Of a stretch of DNA of 64,000 bases, positions 50,987 to 62,638 are shown in pieces. The notes beneath the pieces are model-generated. The model made no database searches. It had not been told where the DNA came from and saw only the letters and a list, made by a program, of their open reading frames with translations. A program made the translations under genes and the position numbers. Each line of letters opens with the position of its first letter. The stretch's first letter is position 1. The stretch comes from an uncultured delta proteobacterium (lineage in GTDB: Bacteria; Desulfobacterota; Syntrophia; Syntrophales; Smithellaceae): positions 25,704 to 89,703 of the forward strand of contig CAVSRI010000002.1 of NCBI GenBank assembly GCA_963730275.1. The letters run 5' to 3'.

Positions 50987-53506
50987 ATGATCGAAATGAT
51001 ATTGAAAAAAATTGTGGGAACAAAGAATGATCGTGAATTGAAGCGATATTCATTACTGTTGGATGAAGTAAATAATTTTGAACCGGTGATGATGTCTTTG
51101 TCTGACGAGGAATTGCAGGCGAAAACTCCTTATTTTAAGGAAAAGTTGAAAAATTATTCCAGCCTTGATGATATTCTGCCGGAAGCGTTTGCCGTGGCCA
51201 GAGAAGTATCGCGCCGCACCTTATTGATGCGTCCCTTTGATGTTCAGGTAATCGGCGGAATTGTATTGCATGAAGGAAAAATCGCGGAAATGAAAACAGG
51301 CGAAGGTAAAACACTGGCGGCAACCATGCCGCTATATCTTAATGCGCTGGAAGGAAAAGGCTGTCATGTTGTTACCGTAAATGATTATCTGGCCAAAAGA
51401 GACGCAGAATGGATGGGCCCGATTTATCAATTTTTAGGTTTAAGCGTGGGAGTCATTATCCACGGCCTGGATGATGACGAACGAAGAAAAGAATATCAGG
51501 CCGATATCACCTACGGTACCAATAACGAATTCGGGTTCGATTATCTTCGCGATAATATGAAGTTCAATCTTGAGGATTACGTTCAGCGTGAATTTAATTA
51601 TGCCATAGTCGATGAAGTGGACAGTATTCTGATCGATGAAGCCAGAACCCCTTTGATTATTTCCGGCCCATCCGAAGAATCAACGGATAAATACATTAAA
51701 ATCAATCAGATAATTCCGCGATTAAAGAAAGATAAAGATTATACTATTGATGAAAAAAGCCGTACGGTTGTTCTGACGGAAGAAGGGGTCGCCCATGTGG
51801 AGGGATTTTTGAATGTACAAAATCTTTACGAGCCGCGAAATATTGAAATTGTCCATCATGTAAATCAAGCGCTGCGTGCCCATACTCTGTTCAAAAGGGA
51901 TGTCGATTATCTCGTGAAGGATGGGCAAGTTATAATTGTTGACGAATTTACGGGGAGGGTTATGCCCGGAAGGCGTTACAGTGATGGTTTGCATCAGGCG
52001 CTGGAAGCCAAGGAAAAAGTAAAAGTGGAGAGAGAAAATCAAACACTGGCTTCAATAACCTTTCAAAATTATTTTAGAATGTACAAAAAACTGGCCGGTA
52101 TGACAGGGACCGCGGATACAGAAGCGGCGGAGTTTAAGAAAATATATAATTTGGATGTTGTCGTCGTACCGACTAATATGCCGATGATTCGTAAAGATAA
52201 TAATGATCTTATTTACAAAACTGAAAAAGAAAAGATTAAGGCCGTTATCGAAGAAGTCAGGGCTCTGAATAAGGCGAAAAGGCCGGTGTTGATTGGAACT
52301 ATTTCCATCGAAAAATCGGAACTGTTAAGTAAATATCTTACCCGTGCCGGCATTAAGCACCATGTTTTGAATGCTAAAAATCATGAAAAAGAAGCGGAAA
52401 TAGTAGCCCAGGCCGGACAGCCGGGCATGGTTACCATATCTACCAATATGGCCGGTCGCGGGACGGATATTCGTTTAGGCGAAAAGGTTGCCGACATAGG
52501 CGGCCTGCATATTTTAGGCACAGAACGCCACGAAAGCCGCCGTATCGACAATCAATTAAGGGGCCGTTCGGGACGCCAGGGCGATGACGGTTCTTCCCGC
52601 TTTTATCTTTCTTTGCAGGATGATTTACTGCGTATATTCGGGGCCGATAGAATATCGTCGATTATGGACAGGATCGGTATTGAGGAAGATCAGCCGATTG
52701 AACATAAGTATATTTCCCGTGCTATTGAAAATGCCCAAAAGCGTGTCGAAGGACAAAATTTTGATATCCGCAAGCATCTTTTGGATTACGATGATGTGAT
52801 GAACAGACAGCGAAAAGTTATCTATGAACAACGGAAAAAAGTGTTGCGCGGCGATAACTTATGGGCAGATATTGAGGAAATGGTCGAAGAAATCGTTGAT
52901 GATCTTTTATTCGAATACCTGGATGAAAAAAGTCATACCGATGACCTTAATTTTAAAGGACTTGATGACGCTATATTTAAGCAATTCAATTTAAAACTTG
53001 ATCTGGATAATTCCAACCAAAAAGCTTCCGCTCAGCCTATCCGGGGAGTTATAATCGAAAATGTCCTGAATCTTTTGCACGAAAAAGAAAAAAATTTCGG
53101 CAAAGAACTAATGGATTACTTGATGAAAGTAATCATGCTTCAAGCAATCGATGCTCACTGGAAAGAACATTTGCTGGCCATGGATCATTTAAGGGAAGGA
53201 ATCGGCTTGCGCGGTTACGGACAAAAGGATCCCGTCAGAGAATATCAGCGCGAAGGTTACGAAATGTTCATGGAAATGATCTCCTATATTAAAATGGACA
53301 CATTGGAAAAACTCTGTTTGGTTAGAATACAGAGAGAGGATGAAGTGGAAAATATCAGGAAAAAACAAAAGGAGGATTACGTTTTAAGCCGCGGAGAAGA
53401 TACGCCTGCTAAGCAGACAATCAAACATGAAAGCGGCAAAGTCGGACGGAATGAACCTTGTCCCTGTGGAAGCGGTAAAAAATATAAAAAATGCTGCGGC
53501 GCCTAA
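50987..53506 (+). CDS. secA: Preprotein translocase SecA
   Basis: [39 protein letters not shown]. Confidence 0.98.
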   Translation: MIEMILKKIVGTKNDRELKRYSLLLDEVNNFEPVMMSLSDEELQAKTPYFKEKLKNYSSLDDILPEAFAVAREVSRRTLLMRPFDVQVIGGIVLHEGKIAEMKTGEGKTLAATMPLYLNALEGKGCHVVTVNDYLAKRDAEWMGPIYQFLGLSVGVIIHGLDDDERRKEYQADITYGTNNEFGFDYLRDNMKFNLEDYVQREFNYAIVDEVDSILIDEARTPLIISGPSEESTDKYIKINQIIPRLKKDKDYTIDEKSRTVVLTEEGVAHVEGFLNVQNLYEPRNIEIVHHVNQALRAHTLFKRDVDYLVKDGQVIIVDEFTGRVMPGRRYSDGLHQALEAKEKVKVERENQTLASITFQNYFRMYKKLAGMTGTADTEAAEFKKIYNLDVVVVPTNMPMIRKDNNDLIYKTEKEKIKAVIEEVRALNKAKRPVLIGTISIEKSELLSKYLTRAGIKHHVLNAKNHEKEAEIVAQAGQPGMVTISTNMAGRGTDIRLGEKVADIGGLHILGTERHESRRIDNQLRGRSGRQGDDGSSRFYLSLQDDLLRIFGADRISSIMDRIGIEEDQPIEHKYISRAIENAQKRVEGQNFDIRKHLLDYDDVMNRQRKVIYEQRKKVLRGDNLWADIEEMVEEIVDDLLFEYLDEKSHTDDLNFKGLDDAIFKQFNLKLDLDNSNQKASAQPIRGVIIENVLNLLHEKEKNFGKELMDYLMKVIMLQAIDAHWKEHLLAMDHLREGIGLRGYGQKDPVREYQREGYEMFMEMISYIKMDTLEKLCLVRIQREDEVENIRKKQKEDYVLSRGEDTPAKQTIKHESGKVGRNEPCPCGSGKKYKKCCGA

Positions 53507-53531
53507 GTTATTCAATAAAGGAGTAGGCTAC

Positions 53532-54731
53532 ATGCAAAAAAACAAAAATAGAGTCAGCGTTCCCGGTTTTTTAGCTAGTGGAATTTCAGCGGGCATTAAA
53601 GATGCTAATCAGAAAGACCTCGCTTTAATTTATTCAACCGTACCGGCAAGGGTAGCAGCCGTATTTACCAAGAATTCTTTTAAAGCTGCACCGCTGTTAA
53701 TTGACGCCGAGCGTGTTAAAAAAGGAACTGCCCAGGCTATAATTACCAATAGCGGATGTGCCAACGCGGCAACGGGTAAAGAAGGTTATAAAGATGCTTT
53801 AACTGTGTCGGCCGCATTGGCCGGTCAATTGAAGATTAAGGAAGAATTTATCTTAATGGGTTCGACAGGAGTTATCGGGAAAAGGCTTCCCATCAAAAAG
53901 ATAACCGGCGGCATGGTCAAACTGGTTAAGGGATTGAACGAGTTTGGCATTGAAGATGCCGAAACGGCGATGATGACCACCGATAAATATCCGAAAATAG
54001 CCATAAGGAAAGGAATTGTCGGAGCAAAAGACATTATCATTTGCGGTATAGCCAAGGGAGCCGGTATGATCGAGCCCAATATGGCCACCTTGCTGACTTA
54101 TGTAATGACCAACGCTTTAATTGATTCTAAAGCCTTGAATACGGTTTTTCATCAGGCTATCGATAACACGTTCAATTCGATTAGCGTTGACGGCTGTATG
54201 AGTACCAATGATATGGCTATTATTTTGGCTAATGGTTTAGCCGGCAACAATCCCCTGGAAAGAGCTCAGGCCAGGCTGCAGCGTTTTCGCGATATGCTTT
54301 CCGATGTTTTGATGGAACTTTGTCAGGCGGTTGTCCAGGACGGCGAAGGGGCAACTAAATTTATATCGATAAATGTTGAAGGAGCAAAATCTAGGTCTGA
54401 TGCTCGCCGTGCGGCTTACGCCGTGGCCAACTCCAATTTAGTCAAAACGGCTTTTTTTGGAGAAGATCCCAATTGGGGGAGGCTAATAGCTGCCCTTGGC
54501 TCGTCCGGAATACCTCTGGAAAAGGAAAGAGTAAGTATGTCCATAGGAGATGTATTGGTATTTGCACAAGATTCACCAACAAATTTAAATTTAAATAAAT
54601 TGAAAGAAATCTTTCAAAAAGACCGAATTGACGTGCGCATTGGGTTAGGGGGTGGAGATAAATCATATTGTGTTTACACATCTGATCTTTCCTATGATTA
54701 CGTGAAAATAAACGCCGATTATTCGACTTAA
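53532..54731 (+). CDS. argJ: Bifunctional ornithine acetyltransferase/N-acetylglutamate synthase
   Basis: NSGCANA, STGVIG, MTTD, KGAGMIEPNMAT, DGEGATK; AAGGAG before ATG 53532. Confidence 0.97.
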   Translation: MQKNKNRVSVPGFLASGISAGIKDANQKDLALIYSTVPARVAAVFTKNSFKAAPLLIDAERVKKGTAQAIITNSGCANAATGKEGYKDALTVSAALAGQLKIKEEFILMGSTGVIGKRLPIKKITGGMVKLVKGLNEFGIEDAETAMMTTDKYPKIAIRKGIVGAKDIIICGIAKGAGMIEPNMATLLTYVMTNALIDSKALNTVFHQAIDNTFNSISVDGCMSTNDMAIILANGLAGNNPLERAQARLQRFRDMLSDVLMELCQAVVQDGEGATKFISINVEGAKSRSDARRAAYAVANSNLVKTAFFGEDPNWGRLIAALGSSGIPLEKERVSMSIGDVLVFAQDSPTNLNLNKLKEIFQKDRIDVRIGLGGGDKSYCVYTSDLSYDYVKINADYST

Positions 54732-54775
54732 GTAGAGCTATGAAAATGTAATAATTTATATACCCTAAAAGGGTT

Positions 54776-54929
54776 ATTAGTGAAACTCCAGTTCCGACTT
54801 ATAACCTAAAGGTCACAAGTCGGAATTGGTAAGTTGAACAATCCCGCGAAGCGGAGGGGATAATACACCGCAGCTTGTTGTGGAATCGGTTTCCACAGCT
54901 TGCTTTGGGGTTCATACCCGTGATTAGCG
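54776..54929 (+). repeat. Dispersed structured non-coding repeat, copy 2
   Basis: AAACT-hairpin-TAAGTTGAACAATCCCGCGAAGCGGAGGGGAT...ATACCCGTG flanked by ATTAGTG/ATTAGCG. Confidence 0.85.
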
Positions 54930-54970
54930 CTTGAATATTTAAATTATTTATGTTAATTGCCGCGAGCTAA

Positions 54971-55050
54971 ATTTCACACATCCTTGGATTGCCGGTATGT
55001 TGCTTTTTTTAAAAGTATACCGTGCAAGTTGAAAAGGATGGAGGAAAAAA
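54971..55050 (+). promoter_or_regulatory. rpsB 5' leader (t44 / S2 autoregulatory RNA)
   Basis: CACACATCC...GGATGGAGG closing stem with internal CGGTAT/ATACCG stem directly upstream of rpsB. Confidence 0.8.
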
Positions 55051-55068
55051 CAAAATAAGGAGAAACAT

Positions 55069-55902
55069 ATGTCTGCAATTTCAATGAAACTTTTACTGGA
55101 AGCGGGTGTCCATTTCGGGCACCAGACCAACAAGTGGAACCCCAAAATGAAGCCGTATATTTTTGGGGCGAGAAACAATATTTATATTATTGATCTGCAA
55201 CAAACCGTAGGTATGTTTCAAACTGCTTACAACTTCATCGTCGATATTGTTGGTCAAGGGAAAGAAGTACTTTTTGTAGGAACTAAAAAGCAATCACAGG
55301 AAGCTGTTAAGGAAGAAGCTATGCGTTGCGGCATGCCTTATGTGAATCAGCGCTGGCTTGGGGGTATGTTGACAAATTTCTTTACGATAAAAAAGAGCAT
55401 TGACCGTCTAAATACTTTAACCGGCATGTTTACCAACGATTCTATCAAGGCCTTCCCCAAAAAGGAAATAACTATGCTGCAGAAAGAAAAGGATAAGCTG
55501 GAAAATGTTTTAGGGGGAATTAGAAATCTGAAATCGCACCCTGCGGCTGTTTTTGTTGTCGATCCTAATCGCGAACACATAACAATTAAAGAAGCGAAAA
55601 AATTAAAAATTCCTATAGTGGCAATAGTAGATACGAATTGCGATCCTGATGATATTGACTATGTCATTCCCGGCAATGATGATGCTATCAGGGCGATAAA
55701 ACTGTTTGCCTCTAAATTTGCCGATGCGGTTTTAGAAGGAAAGAAGCAGTTTGAAGAAAAGCTATCGGCCGAATCAAATAAGCAATCGGGAGCGCTCGCA
55801 GAAGAGAAAAAACCGGAATCCGATATTCCGGAAAGCGTAGAAATGGAAGAAAAAACCGAGGATACGGAAGTATATAGCGGCAAGTCATATATAAATAATT
55901 AG
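55069..55902 (+). CDS. rpsB: 30S ribosomal protein S2
   Basis: [29 protein letters not shown]. Confidence 0.98.
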   Translation: MSAISMKLLLEAGVHFGHQTNKWNPKMKPYIFGARNNIYIIDLQQTVGMFQTAYNFIVDIVGQGKEVLFVGTKKQSQEAVKEEAMRCGMPYVNQRWLGGMLTNFFTIKKSIDRLNTLTGMFTNDSIKAFPKKEITMLQKEKDKLENVLGGIRNLKSHPAAVFVVDPNREHITIKEAKKLKIPIVAIVDTNCDPDDIDYVIPGNDDAIRAIKLFASKFADAVLEGKKQFEEKLSAESNKQSGALAEEKKPESDIPESVEMEEKTEDTEVYSGKSYINN

Positions 55903-55941
55903 ACACGTTCTTGTTGTAAATATTTAAGGAGGGGCAGAAAA

Positions 55942-56547
55942 TTGGAAATATCGTCAGCAATGGTTAAAAAGTTGAGAGAGAAAACAGGCACCGGCATGAT
56001 GGATTGCAAAGAGGCATTAACGGCAGCCGGTGGTGATTTTGAAAAAGCTATTGATATCTTAAGGAAAAAGGGATTGTCGGCGGCAACAAAAAGATCTTCG
56101 AAAGCGGCCAAAGATGGTGCCGTAGCATCATATATTCATATGGGCGGCAGGATCGGTGTTTTGGTGGAGATAAATTGTGAAACAGATTTTGTGGCTAAAA
56201 CCGATGACTTCCAGACAATGGCCAAGGATATTGCTATGCACATAGCCGCGTCAAATCCGCTTTATGTCCGGCCGGATCAAATTCCTCCGGAAGCTTTAAA
56301 TAGGGAAAAGGAAATATACCGTAGTCAATTGCGCGAGGAAAAAAAACCGGAAAAAATATGGGATAAAATAATCGAGGGAAAATTAAAGAAATTTTATGAA
56401 GATGTGTGTTTAACAGAGCAGAAATTCATAAAAAACACGGATATTAATGTAGAGACGCTTGTTAATAATATGATTGCCAAAACAGGCGAGAATATTATTA
56501 TTCGGAGATTCGCCAGATTTCAGCTGGGAGAGGAAATCAAAAAATAA
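55942..56547 (+). CDS. tsf: Elongation factor Ts (short form)
   Basis: LREKTG.GMMDCK, NCETDFV; TTG start with AAGGAGG. Confidence 0.97.
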   Translation: MEISSAMVKKLREKTGTGMMDCKEALTAAGGDFEKAIDILRKKGLSAATKRSSKAAKDGAVASYIHMGGRIGVLVEINCETDFVAKTDDFQTMAKDIAMHIAASNPLYVRPDQIPPEALNREKEIYRSQLREEKKPEKIWDKIIEGKLKKFYEDVCLTEQKFIKNTDINVETLVNNMIAKTGENIIIRRFARFQLGEEIKK

Positions 56548-57276
<729 letters not shown>

Positions 57277-57277
57277 T

Positions 57278-57835
57278 ATGAAAGAAAAAATTTTTCAGAA
57301 ATTTAAAGAAGAAATGGAAAAGATTATTACAAGTTTAGATAAGTCTTTCGGGAGGGTAAGAACAGGAAGAGCATCGGTTTCGCTGCTGGATGGGATTAAA
57401 GTTGATTACTACGGTGTTCCTACTCCCATTGCTCAGGTAGCCACACTTTCCGTGCCGGAAAGCCGTTTAATTGTTATAGCGCCCTGGGATGTATCTATAA
57501 TCGGGGCAATCGAGAAAGCGATTCAAAAATCGGATTTAGGTTTAATGCCGGCCAATGACGGCAAAATAATACGTCTCTCAATTCCTCAATTGACTGAAGA
57601 AAGGCGTAAAGAACTGGTTAAAGTAGTAAAAAAGATGGCTGAGGAAGGTAAAATAAAATTACGTAACGCGCGCAGAGACGCCAATGAAGAATTGAAAGAC
57701 CTCAAAAAAAATAATAAAATGGCCGAAGACGAACTTTTTGGTGCGCAGGAAGAAGTTCAGAAATTAACTGATCGTTATATCGAAAAAACGGATAAAATCC
57801 TCATGGCTAAAGAAAAAGAAATTATGGAACTATAA
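57278..57835 (+). CDS. frr: Ribosome recycling factor
   Basis: [22 protein letters not shown]. Confidence 0.98.
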   Translation: MKEKIFQKFKEEMEKIITSLDKSFGRVRTGRASVSLLDGIKVDYYGVPTPIAQVATLSVPESRLIVIAPWDVSIIGAIEKAIQKSDLGLMPANDGKIIRLSIPQLTEERRKELVKVVKKMAEEGKIKLRNARRDANEELKDLKKNNKMAEDELFGAQEEVQKLTDRYIEKTDKILMAKEKEIMEL

Positions 57836-57853
57836 AGTTTACTTTATAGAATG

Positions 57854-57889
57854 AATGAATGGGGAGTCGAAAGCTCCCCATTCATTTTT
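57854..57889 (+). terminator. Rho-independent terminator after frr
   Basis: AATGAATGGGGAG/CTCCCCATTCATT stem followed by T run. Confidence 0.85.
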
Positions 57890-58028
57890 CTGTATCCTTT
57901 GTCTCCGGTATAATCCTTATTTAATTCAGGAAAAATAAAAAGTATTTCTGATTTTTTTAAAATAGATCTTTGATTGAAAAGAACTTATCCGTCTGTTAAA
58001 ATGCAGACTTTCCGGGAGAAGAATATTC

Positions 58029-58760
58029 ATGAAAATTGATGGGAATAATCTGCCGCAGCATATAGCCATAATTATGGATGGAAACGGGCGCTGGGCAAAA
58101 CAACATACAATCGGCAGAATCAAAGGACATAAGAAAGGAGCCGAAGCGGTCAGGAAAACGGTACGTACTTGCCGTGAAATAGGTATAAAATATCTGACCT
58201 TGTTTGCCTTTTCCGTAGAAAATTGGGGACGTCCGGAAGAAGAGGTAAAAGCGTTAATGTCCTTACTGGAGGAATATTTAACCAAAGAAACGAAAGAATT
58301 GCAAAAAAATGGAATAAGGCTTACGACTATCGGCGAAATAAATCGTTTGCATCCGAAATTGAGGAGAAAACTTCTGCAGGCAAAAGCTCAAACAGCAAAA
58401 AATAACGAGATGATTTTAAATTTTGCCTTGAGTTACGGAGGTCAGGACGAAATTATCTCCGCCGTAAAAAAAATAATTCAAGATAGTAAAAAAGGTAAAC
58501 TTGATATAAATGAAATCAATAAGGAAACTTTTCCACGCTATTTATATACCGGCGGGATGCCCGATCCCGATTTGTTGATTCGTACCAGCGGCGAATATCG
58601 TATCAGTAATTTTTTACTCTGGCAAATAGCCTATACCGAGCTTTATTTTACCAATGTTCTTTGGCCTGATTTTACAAAAGACGATCTTTTCAGAGCAATC
58701 GCCAGTTATCAAAAACGGGAAAGGCGTTTTGGCCTGACAACGGAGCAATTGCAGGAATAA
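58029..58760 (+). CDS. uppS: Undecaprenyl diphosphate synthase
   Basis: IIMDGNGRWA, FSVENW, IRTSGE.RISNF. Confidence 0.97.
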   Translation: MKIDGNNLPQHIAIIMDGNGRWAKQHTIGRIKGHKKGAEAVRKTVRTCREIGIKYLTLFAFSVENWGRPEEEVKALMSLLEEYLTKETKELQKNGIRLTTIGEINRLHPKLRRKLLQAKAQTAKNNEMILNFALSYGGQDEIISAVKKIIQDSKKGKLDINEINKETFPRYLYTGGMPDPDLLIRTSGEYRISNFLLWQIAYTELYFTNVLWPDFTKDDLFRAIASYQKRERRFGLTTEQLQE

Positions 58761-58784
58761 AATAATTTTAAAAACGGGAAATAT

Positions 58785-59582
58785 ATGCAAAAAAGATGGT
58801 TGACCGGTGTTATTTTAGCGGCTGTAATACTTGTAATTATTTTAGTCGGTTCTACGGAAGCGCTGGCTGCCGTTATTACTATCTTCATCTTCGGTGGCGT
58901 CTGGGAATACAATAATATCCTTTTTGGTAAAGGGTTTTTCAAGGAAAAAATTGAAGGCTTGATTTTTGCCGTTTTAATACCGGCGACTGTTTTATACGGC
59001 AGTAACCAACTATTAATTGCCGTTATAACATTTTGTGTTTTATCAGTATTTATTTTATTTCTCTGGCAAGCTAAAGAATCAAACATTGATATTTCATCAG
59101 TGGCAAAAGTTATTTTCGGGATGATGTACATACCTTTTTTGATATCTCATTTCATTTTGCTGAGAATGCTGGGAAACGGAGTATTTTGGGTATTGTTTGT
59201 TTTAGTTCTTGCCTTTGCGGGAGATACGGCAGCTTTGTATATTGGGAAATATTTCGGCAAAAATAAATTAATTGCAGCAGTAAGTCCCGGTAAAACAGTG
59301 GAAGGAACAATTGCTCTTGTTTGCGGAAGCGTTGTTGCTTGTTTGATTTTCAGTTATTTTTGCCTGCCGGAAATATCCTTGATTCATATTTTCATTCTTG
59401 CTTTTGTGGGAAGTATTATCGGTCAGTTGGGAGATCTCTTTGAATCGGCGATTAAAAGAAATTATGGGCGCAAAGATGCAAGTTCGCTTCTGCCCGGCCA
59501 TGGCGGTCTTTTGGATCGAATGGATTGTCTGATTTTCATTGTGCCTTTCGTTTACTATTACCGGATATTTGTGATTGGTTAA
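58785..59582 (+). CDS. cdsA: Phosphatidate cytidylyltransferase
   Basis: SPGKTVEG, GDLFES.IKR, PGHGGLLDRMD. Confidence 0.95.
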   Translation: MQKRWLTGVILAAVILVIILVGSTEALAAVITIFIFGGVWEYNNILFGKGFFKEKIEGLIFAVLIPATVLYGSNQLLIAVITFCVLSVFILFLWQAKESNIDISSVAKVIFGMMYIPFLISHFILLRMLGNGVFWVLFVLVLAFAGDTAALYIGKYFGKNKLIAAVSPGKTVEGTIALVCGSVVACLIFSYFCLPEISLIHIFILAFVGSIIGQLGDLFESAIKRNYGRKDASSLLPGHGGLLDRMDCLIFIVPFVYYYRIFVIG

Positions 59583-60745
59583 TGAAGAAAATAGCGATTT
59601 TAGGCTCGACAGGGTCGATTGGATGTAATGCGCTGGATATTGTAAAAAAAAATCCGGAACGCTTTCAAGTTGTCGCGCTGGCCGCGGGGCAAAATATAGC
59701 TCTACTCAGGGAACAAATAATAAAATTTCGGCCAAGAATCGCCGCTGTAGGCACTAGAGAAAACGCTCAAAAATTACAGGAAGCCATAAAAGCCAAGAAC
59801 AAGATCAAAATTCTTTACGGCGAAAACGGTTTAAAAGAAATTGCTTCTTTTCCCTCGGCCAATATTGTAATTTCCTCCATATCGGGAGCTGCTGGTTTAA
59901 TGCCGACTTTGGCCGCAATTGAAGCGGGTAAGGATGTAGCTTTAGCCAACAAAGAGACAATGGTAACAGCCGGAGAGATTGTAACAAAAAAAGCAAAAAA
60001 GAAAGGCGTAAATATTATTCCCGTTGATAGCGAACACAGCGCGATATTTCAGTGTTTGGAGGGAAAAAAATTCAAAAAATTACGGCGGATAATTTTGACT
60101 GCTTCCGGCGGACCTTTTTTAAATTTTACTAAGAATGAATTAAAAAAAGTTAAGCCCCGTCAGGCATTGCAACATCCCAAGTGGAAAATGGGCAGGAAAG
60201 TAACTATCGATTCGGCGTCGTTGATGAATAAAGGGTTGGAAGTAATCGAAGCAAAATGGCTGTTTAATCTGGACATCGGTAATATTGATGTGCTAATTCA
60301 TCCGCAGAGTATAGTGCATTCCCTGGTTGAGTTTATTGACGGTGTCGTTTTAGCGCAAATGGGCATCCCCGATATGAGAATACCTATTGCTTACGCTTTA
60401 ACTTATCCGGAAAGAATCAGCAATGATTTACCGTCTCTTGATCTTGCGGAAGCTCGAAATTTGGAATTTTCTCAGCCGGATACAAATAAATTTCCGTGTC
60501 TGGGGCTGGCTTACAGGGCCGGTATTTGTGGCGGTACTGCTCCGGCTGTTTTAAACGCCGCCAATGAAATCGCCGTAGAGGCTTATTTGGACGAAAAAAT
60601 CAAATTTACTGATTTATCCGAAGTAATCGAAAAAGTTCTTGATGCGCATGATGCGTCGGTTGATCCGTCTTTAGAAGAAATACTTCAAGCCGATCAGTGG
60701 GCGAGAAGGCAGACGAAACAAAACATAGAAAGGATGATATCTTGA
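59582..60745 (+). CDS. dxr: 1-deoxy-D-xylulose 5-phosphate reductoisomerase
   Basis: LGSTGSIG, LANKE, PVDSEH, TASGG, NKGLE. Confidence 0.98.
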   Translation: MKKIAILGSTGSIGCNALDIVKKNPERFQVVALAAGQNIALLREQIIKFRPRIAAVGTRENAQKLQEAIKAKNKIKILYGENGLKEIASFPSANIVISSISGAAGLMPTLAAIEAGKDVALANKETMVTAGEIVTKKAKKKGVNIIPVDSEHSAIFQCLEGKKFKKLRRIILTASGGPFLNFTKNELKKVKPRQALQHPKWKMGRKVTIDSASLMNKGLEVIEAKWLFNLDIGNIDVLIHPQSIVHSLVEFIDGVVLAQMGIPDMRIPIAYALTYPERISNDLPSLDLAEARNLEFSQPDTNKFPCLGLAYRAGICGGTAPAVLNAANEIAVEAYLDEKIKFTDLSEVIEKVLDAHDASVDPSLEEILQADQWARRQTKQNIERMIS

Positions 60746-61839
60746 TAGGAATATCCATTGTCTCCGTTATAATTTTATTGGGCGTGTTGATTTTTTTTCA
60801 TGAATTCGGCCATTTTCTGGCGGCGCGTTTTGCCGGTGTAGGCGTGGTTAAATTTTCTCTGGGATTCGGCCCCAAAATAGTCGGCAAAAAAATAGGAAAA
60901 ACTCAATATGTTCTTTCTCTGATTCCTTTAGGCGGCTACGTTAAGCTTTTGGGCGAAGATGGAAGCGAAAAATTGTCGGCCGAAGATGAAAAAATGTCGT
61001 TTACAAAAAAGTCGGTCTGGAAAAGAATAATGATTATTTTTGCGGGGCCTTTTTTCAATTTCTTATTAGCAGTGCTGATTTATGCCTTCATCTATACGTA
61101 CGGTGTTCCGACTCTAAACAATGTGGTGGGTGAAGTACAGAAAAAATCAGCCGCTTCGGAAGCGGGAATGAAAAAAGACGATAAAATTATTTCTATTAAT
61201 GGAGCGAAGATAACATATTGGGAGGAGATAAAACCGATAATAGCGGAGAGCAAAGGTCAAGCACAGGAATTTGTAGTCGAAAGAAAAACACAAACAAAAA
61301 AAATATTTATTAAGCCGAGATTGACGAAAACAAAAAATATCTTTGGCGAAGAGATATCCGCTTATCTTGTCGGGATTACTCCCTCGGACAATGTCGTAAT
61401 AGAAAGAAGAAATCTTGGGGAAGCGTCGATTATTGCCTTGAAGAAGACCTGGCAATTCAGTGAACTTACAATTATTGTCTTTGTCAAAATGATTAAAGGC
61501 GAAGTTTCACCGAAAAATTTAGGCGGGCCGATATTCATTGCTCAAGCCGCCGGTGCAGTCGCTAGGGAAGGAATTGTTCCCTTTCTTTTTTTAATGGCGC
61601 TGCTTTCCGTAAATTTAGCCATAATTAACCTATTCCCGATACCTATTCTTGACGGCGGCCATATAATGTTCAATGTAATTGAACTTGTCCGGCGTAAACC
61701 GGTGAGCATGAAATGGCAGGGAATTTTTCAACAAGTTGGGTTCGTGCTTTTGATGATGCTGATGATATTTGTCGTCATGGTCGATGTTGAACGATTGAAT
61801 CTAAAATTTGTTAATGACATTATGAAATACTTCAAATGA
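60742..61839 (+). CDS. rseP: Intramembrane metalloprotease RseP
   Basis: HEFGH, GGYVK, PDZ domain, NLFPIPILDGG. Confidence 0.95.
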   Translation: MIGISIVSVIILLGVLIFFHEFGHFLAARFAGVGVVKFSLGFGPKIVGKKIGKTQYVLSLIPLGGYVKLLGEDGSEKLSAEDEKMSFTKKSVWKRIMIIFAGPFFNFLLAVLIYAFIYTYGVPTLNNVVGEVQKKSAASEAGMKKDDKIISINGAKITYWEEIKPIIAESKGQAQEFVVERKTQTKKIFIKPRLTKTKNIFGEEISAYLVGITPSDNVVIERRNLGEASIIALKKTWQFSELTIIVFVKMIKGEVSPKNLGGPIFIAQAAGAVAREGIVPFLFLMALLSVNLAIINLFPIPILDGGHIMFNVIELVRRKPVSMKWQGIFQQVGFVLLMMLMIFVVMVDVERLNLKFVNDIMKYFK

Positions 61840-61842
61840 GCA

Positions 61843-62548
61843 ATGTTAACCTTAGCTTTTGATACTTCTTCTAAAACTGCCGCCGTTGCTTTATTAAGAG
61901 ATAGTGATATATTGTACGACAATATTATAATTAATACAGGCTTAAAGCACTCGGAAGTGCTAATGCCGGCAATTGATCATGCTTTAAGGGCGATATCGGT
62001 CAAAATTAAAGATGTTGATTTATTTGCCTGCACAATAGGTCCGGGTTCATTCACCGGCCTGCGCATCGGTGTCAGCACTCTTAAGGGGCTGATACTGGCG
62101 ACAGGGAAACCTGCTGCCGGAATTTCTTCCTCTGGCGGCACTGGCGTTAAACGCCGGCAAAACTTCAAAATTAATATGTTCTGTAATGGATGCCGGACGG
62201 GGGCAGGTGTACACAGCTTTTTACCGGTATGATAAAAATGAATATTTAGAGCAGATTGGTATGGAAAAAGCCGTGCAGCCGGAAAATGTATTATCCGGTA
62301 TCGACGAAGAAATAGAGTTAGTCGGTGACGGAGCTGTTAACTATGCTGATGTCATAGTCAAAAATAAAAAAATTGTAATTAATTCCAAACTGCCAAAATA
62401 TATCCATGCTTCATCTGTTGGTATTTTAGGTATGAAGAAATTTCACCGGAAAGATTTGCTCAATGCCGAAACATTAACTCCTGTCTATTTGCGTTCGGCC
62501 GATGCTCTTCCGAAAAAAGGACTATTCGAGAAACTCCAATTTCCATAA
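61843..62548 (+). CDS. tsaB: t6A biosynthesis protein TsaB (one frameshift near 62130)
   Basis: LAFDTS, HSE, GPGSFTGLRIG, then DAGRGQVY and PVYLR in the next frame. Confidence 0.9.
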
Positions 62549-62620
62549 CGAAGTGCAGGGAAATTGGTAAGTTGAACAATCCCGCAAAGCGGAGGGTATT
62601 TATAATACCCGTGATTCGAG
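62524..62620 (+). repeat. Dispersed structured non-coding repeat, copy 3 (shortest)
   Basis: AAACT-hairpin-TAAGTTGAACAATCCCGCAAAGCGGAGGGTAT...ATACCCGTG flanked by perfect ATTCGAG direct repeats. Confidence 0.85.
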
Positions 62621-62638
62621 GTTAGTTTATAACAATTC

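Noticed and set aside
54776-54929. Dispersed repeat read as a group I intron fragment (GAAACTCC...ACAATCC resembles P/Q elements) or a hammerhead ribozyme
   Set aside because: P4 pairing cannot form, no R/S (P7) elements, and no CTGATGA core
55942-56547. EF-Ts of only 201 aa as a truncation
   Set aside because: Short EF-Ts is a known normal form in several lineages, and the C-terminal RRFARFQLGE is intact
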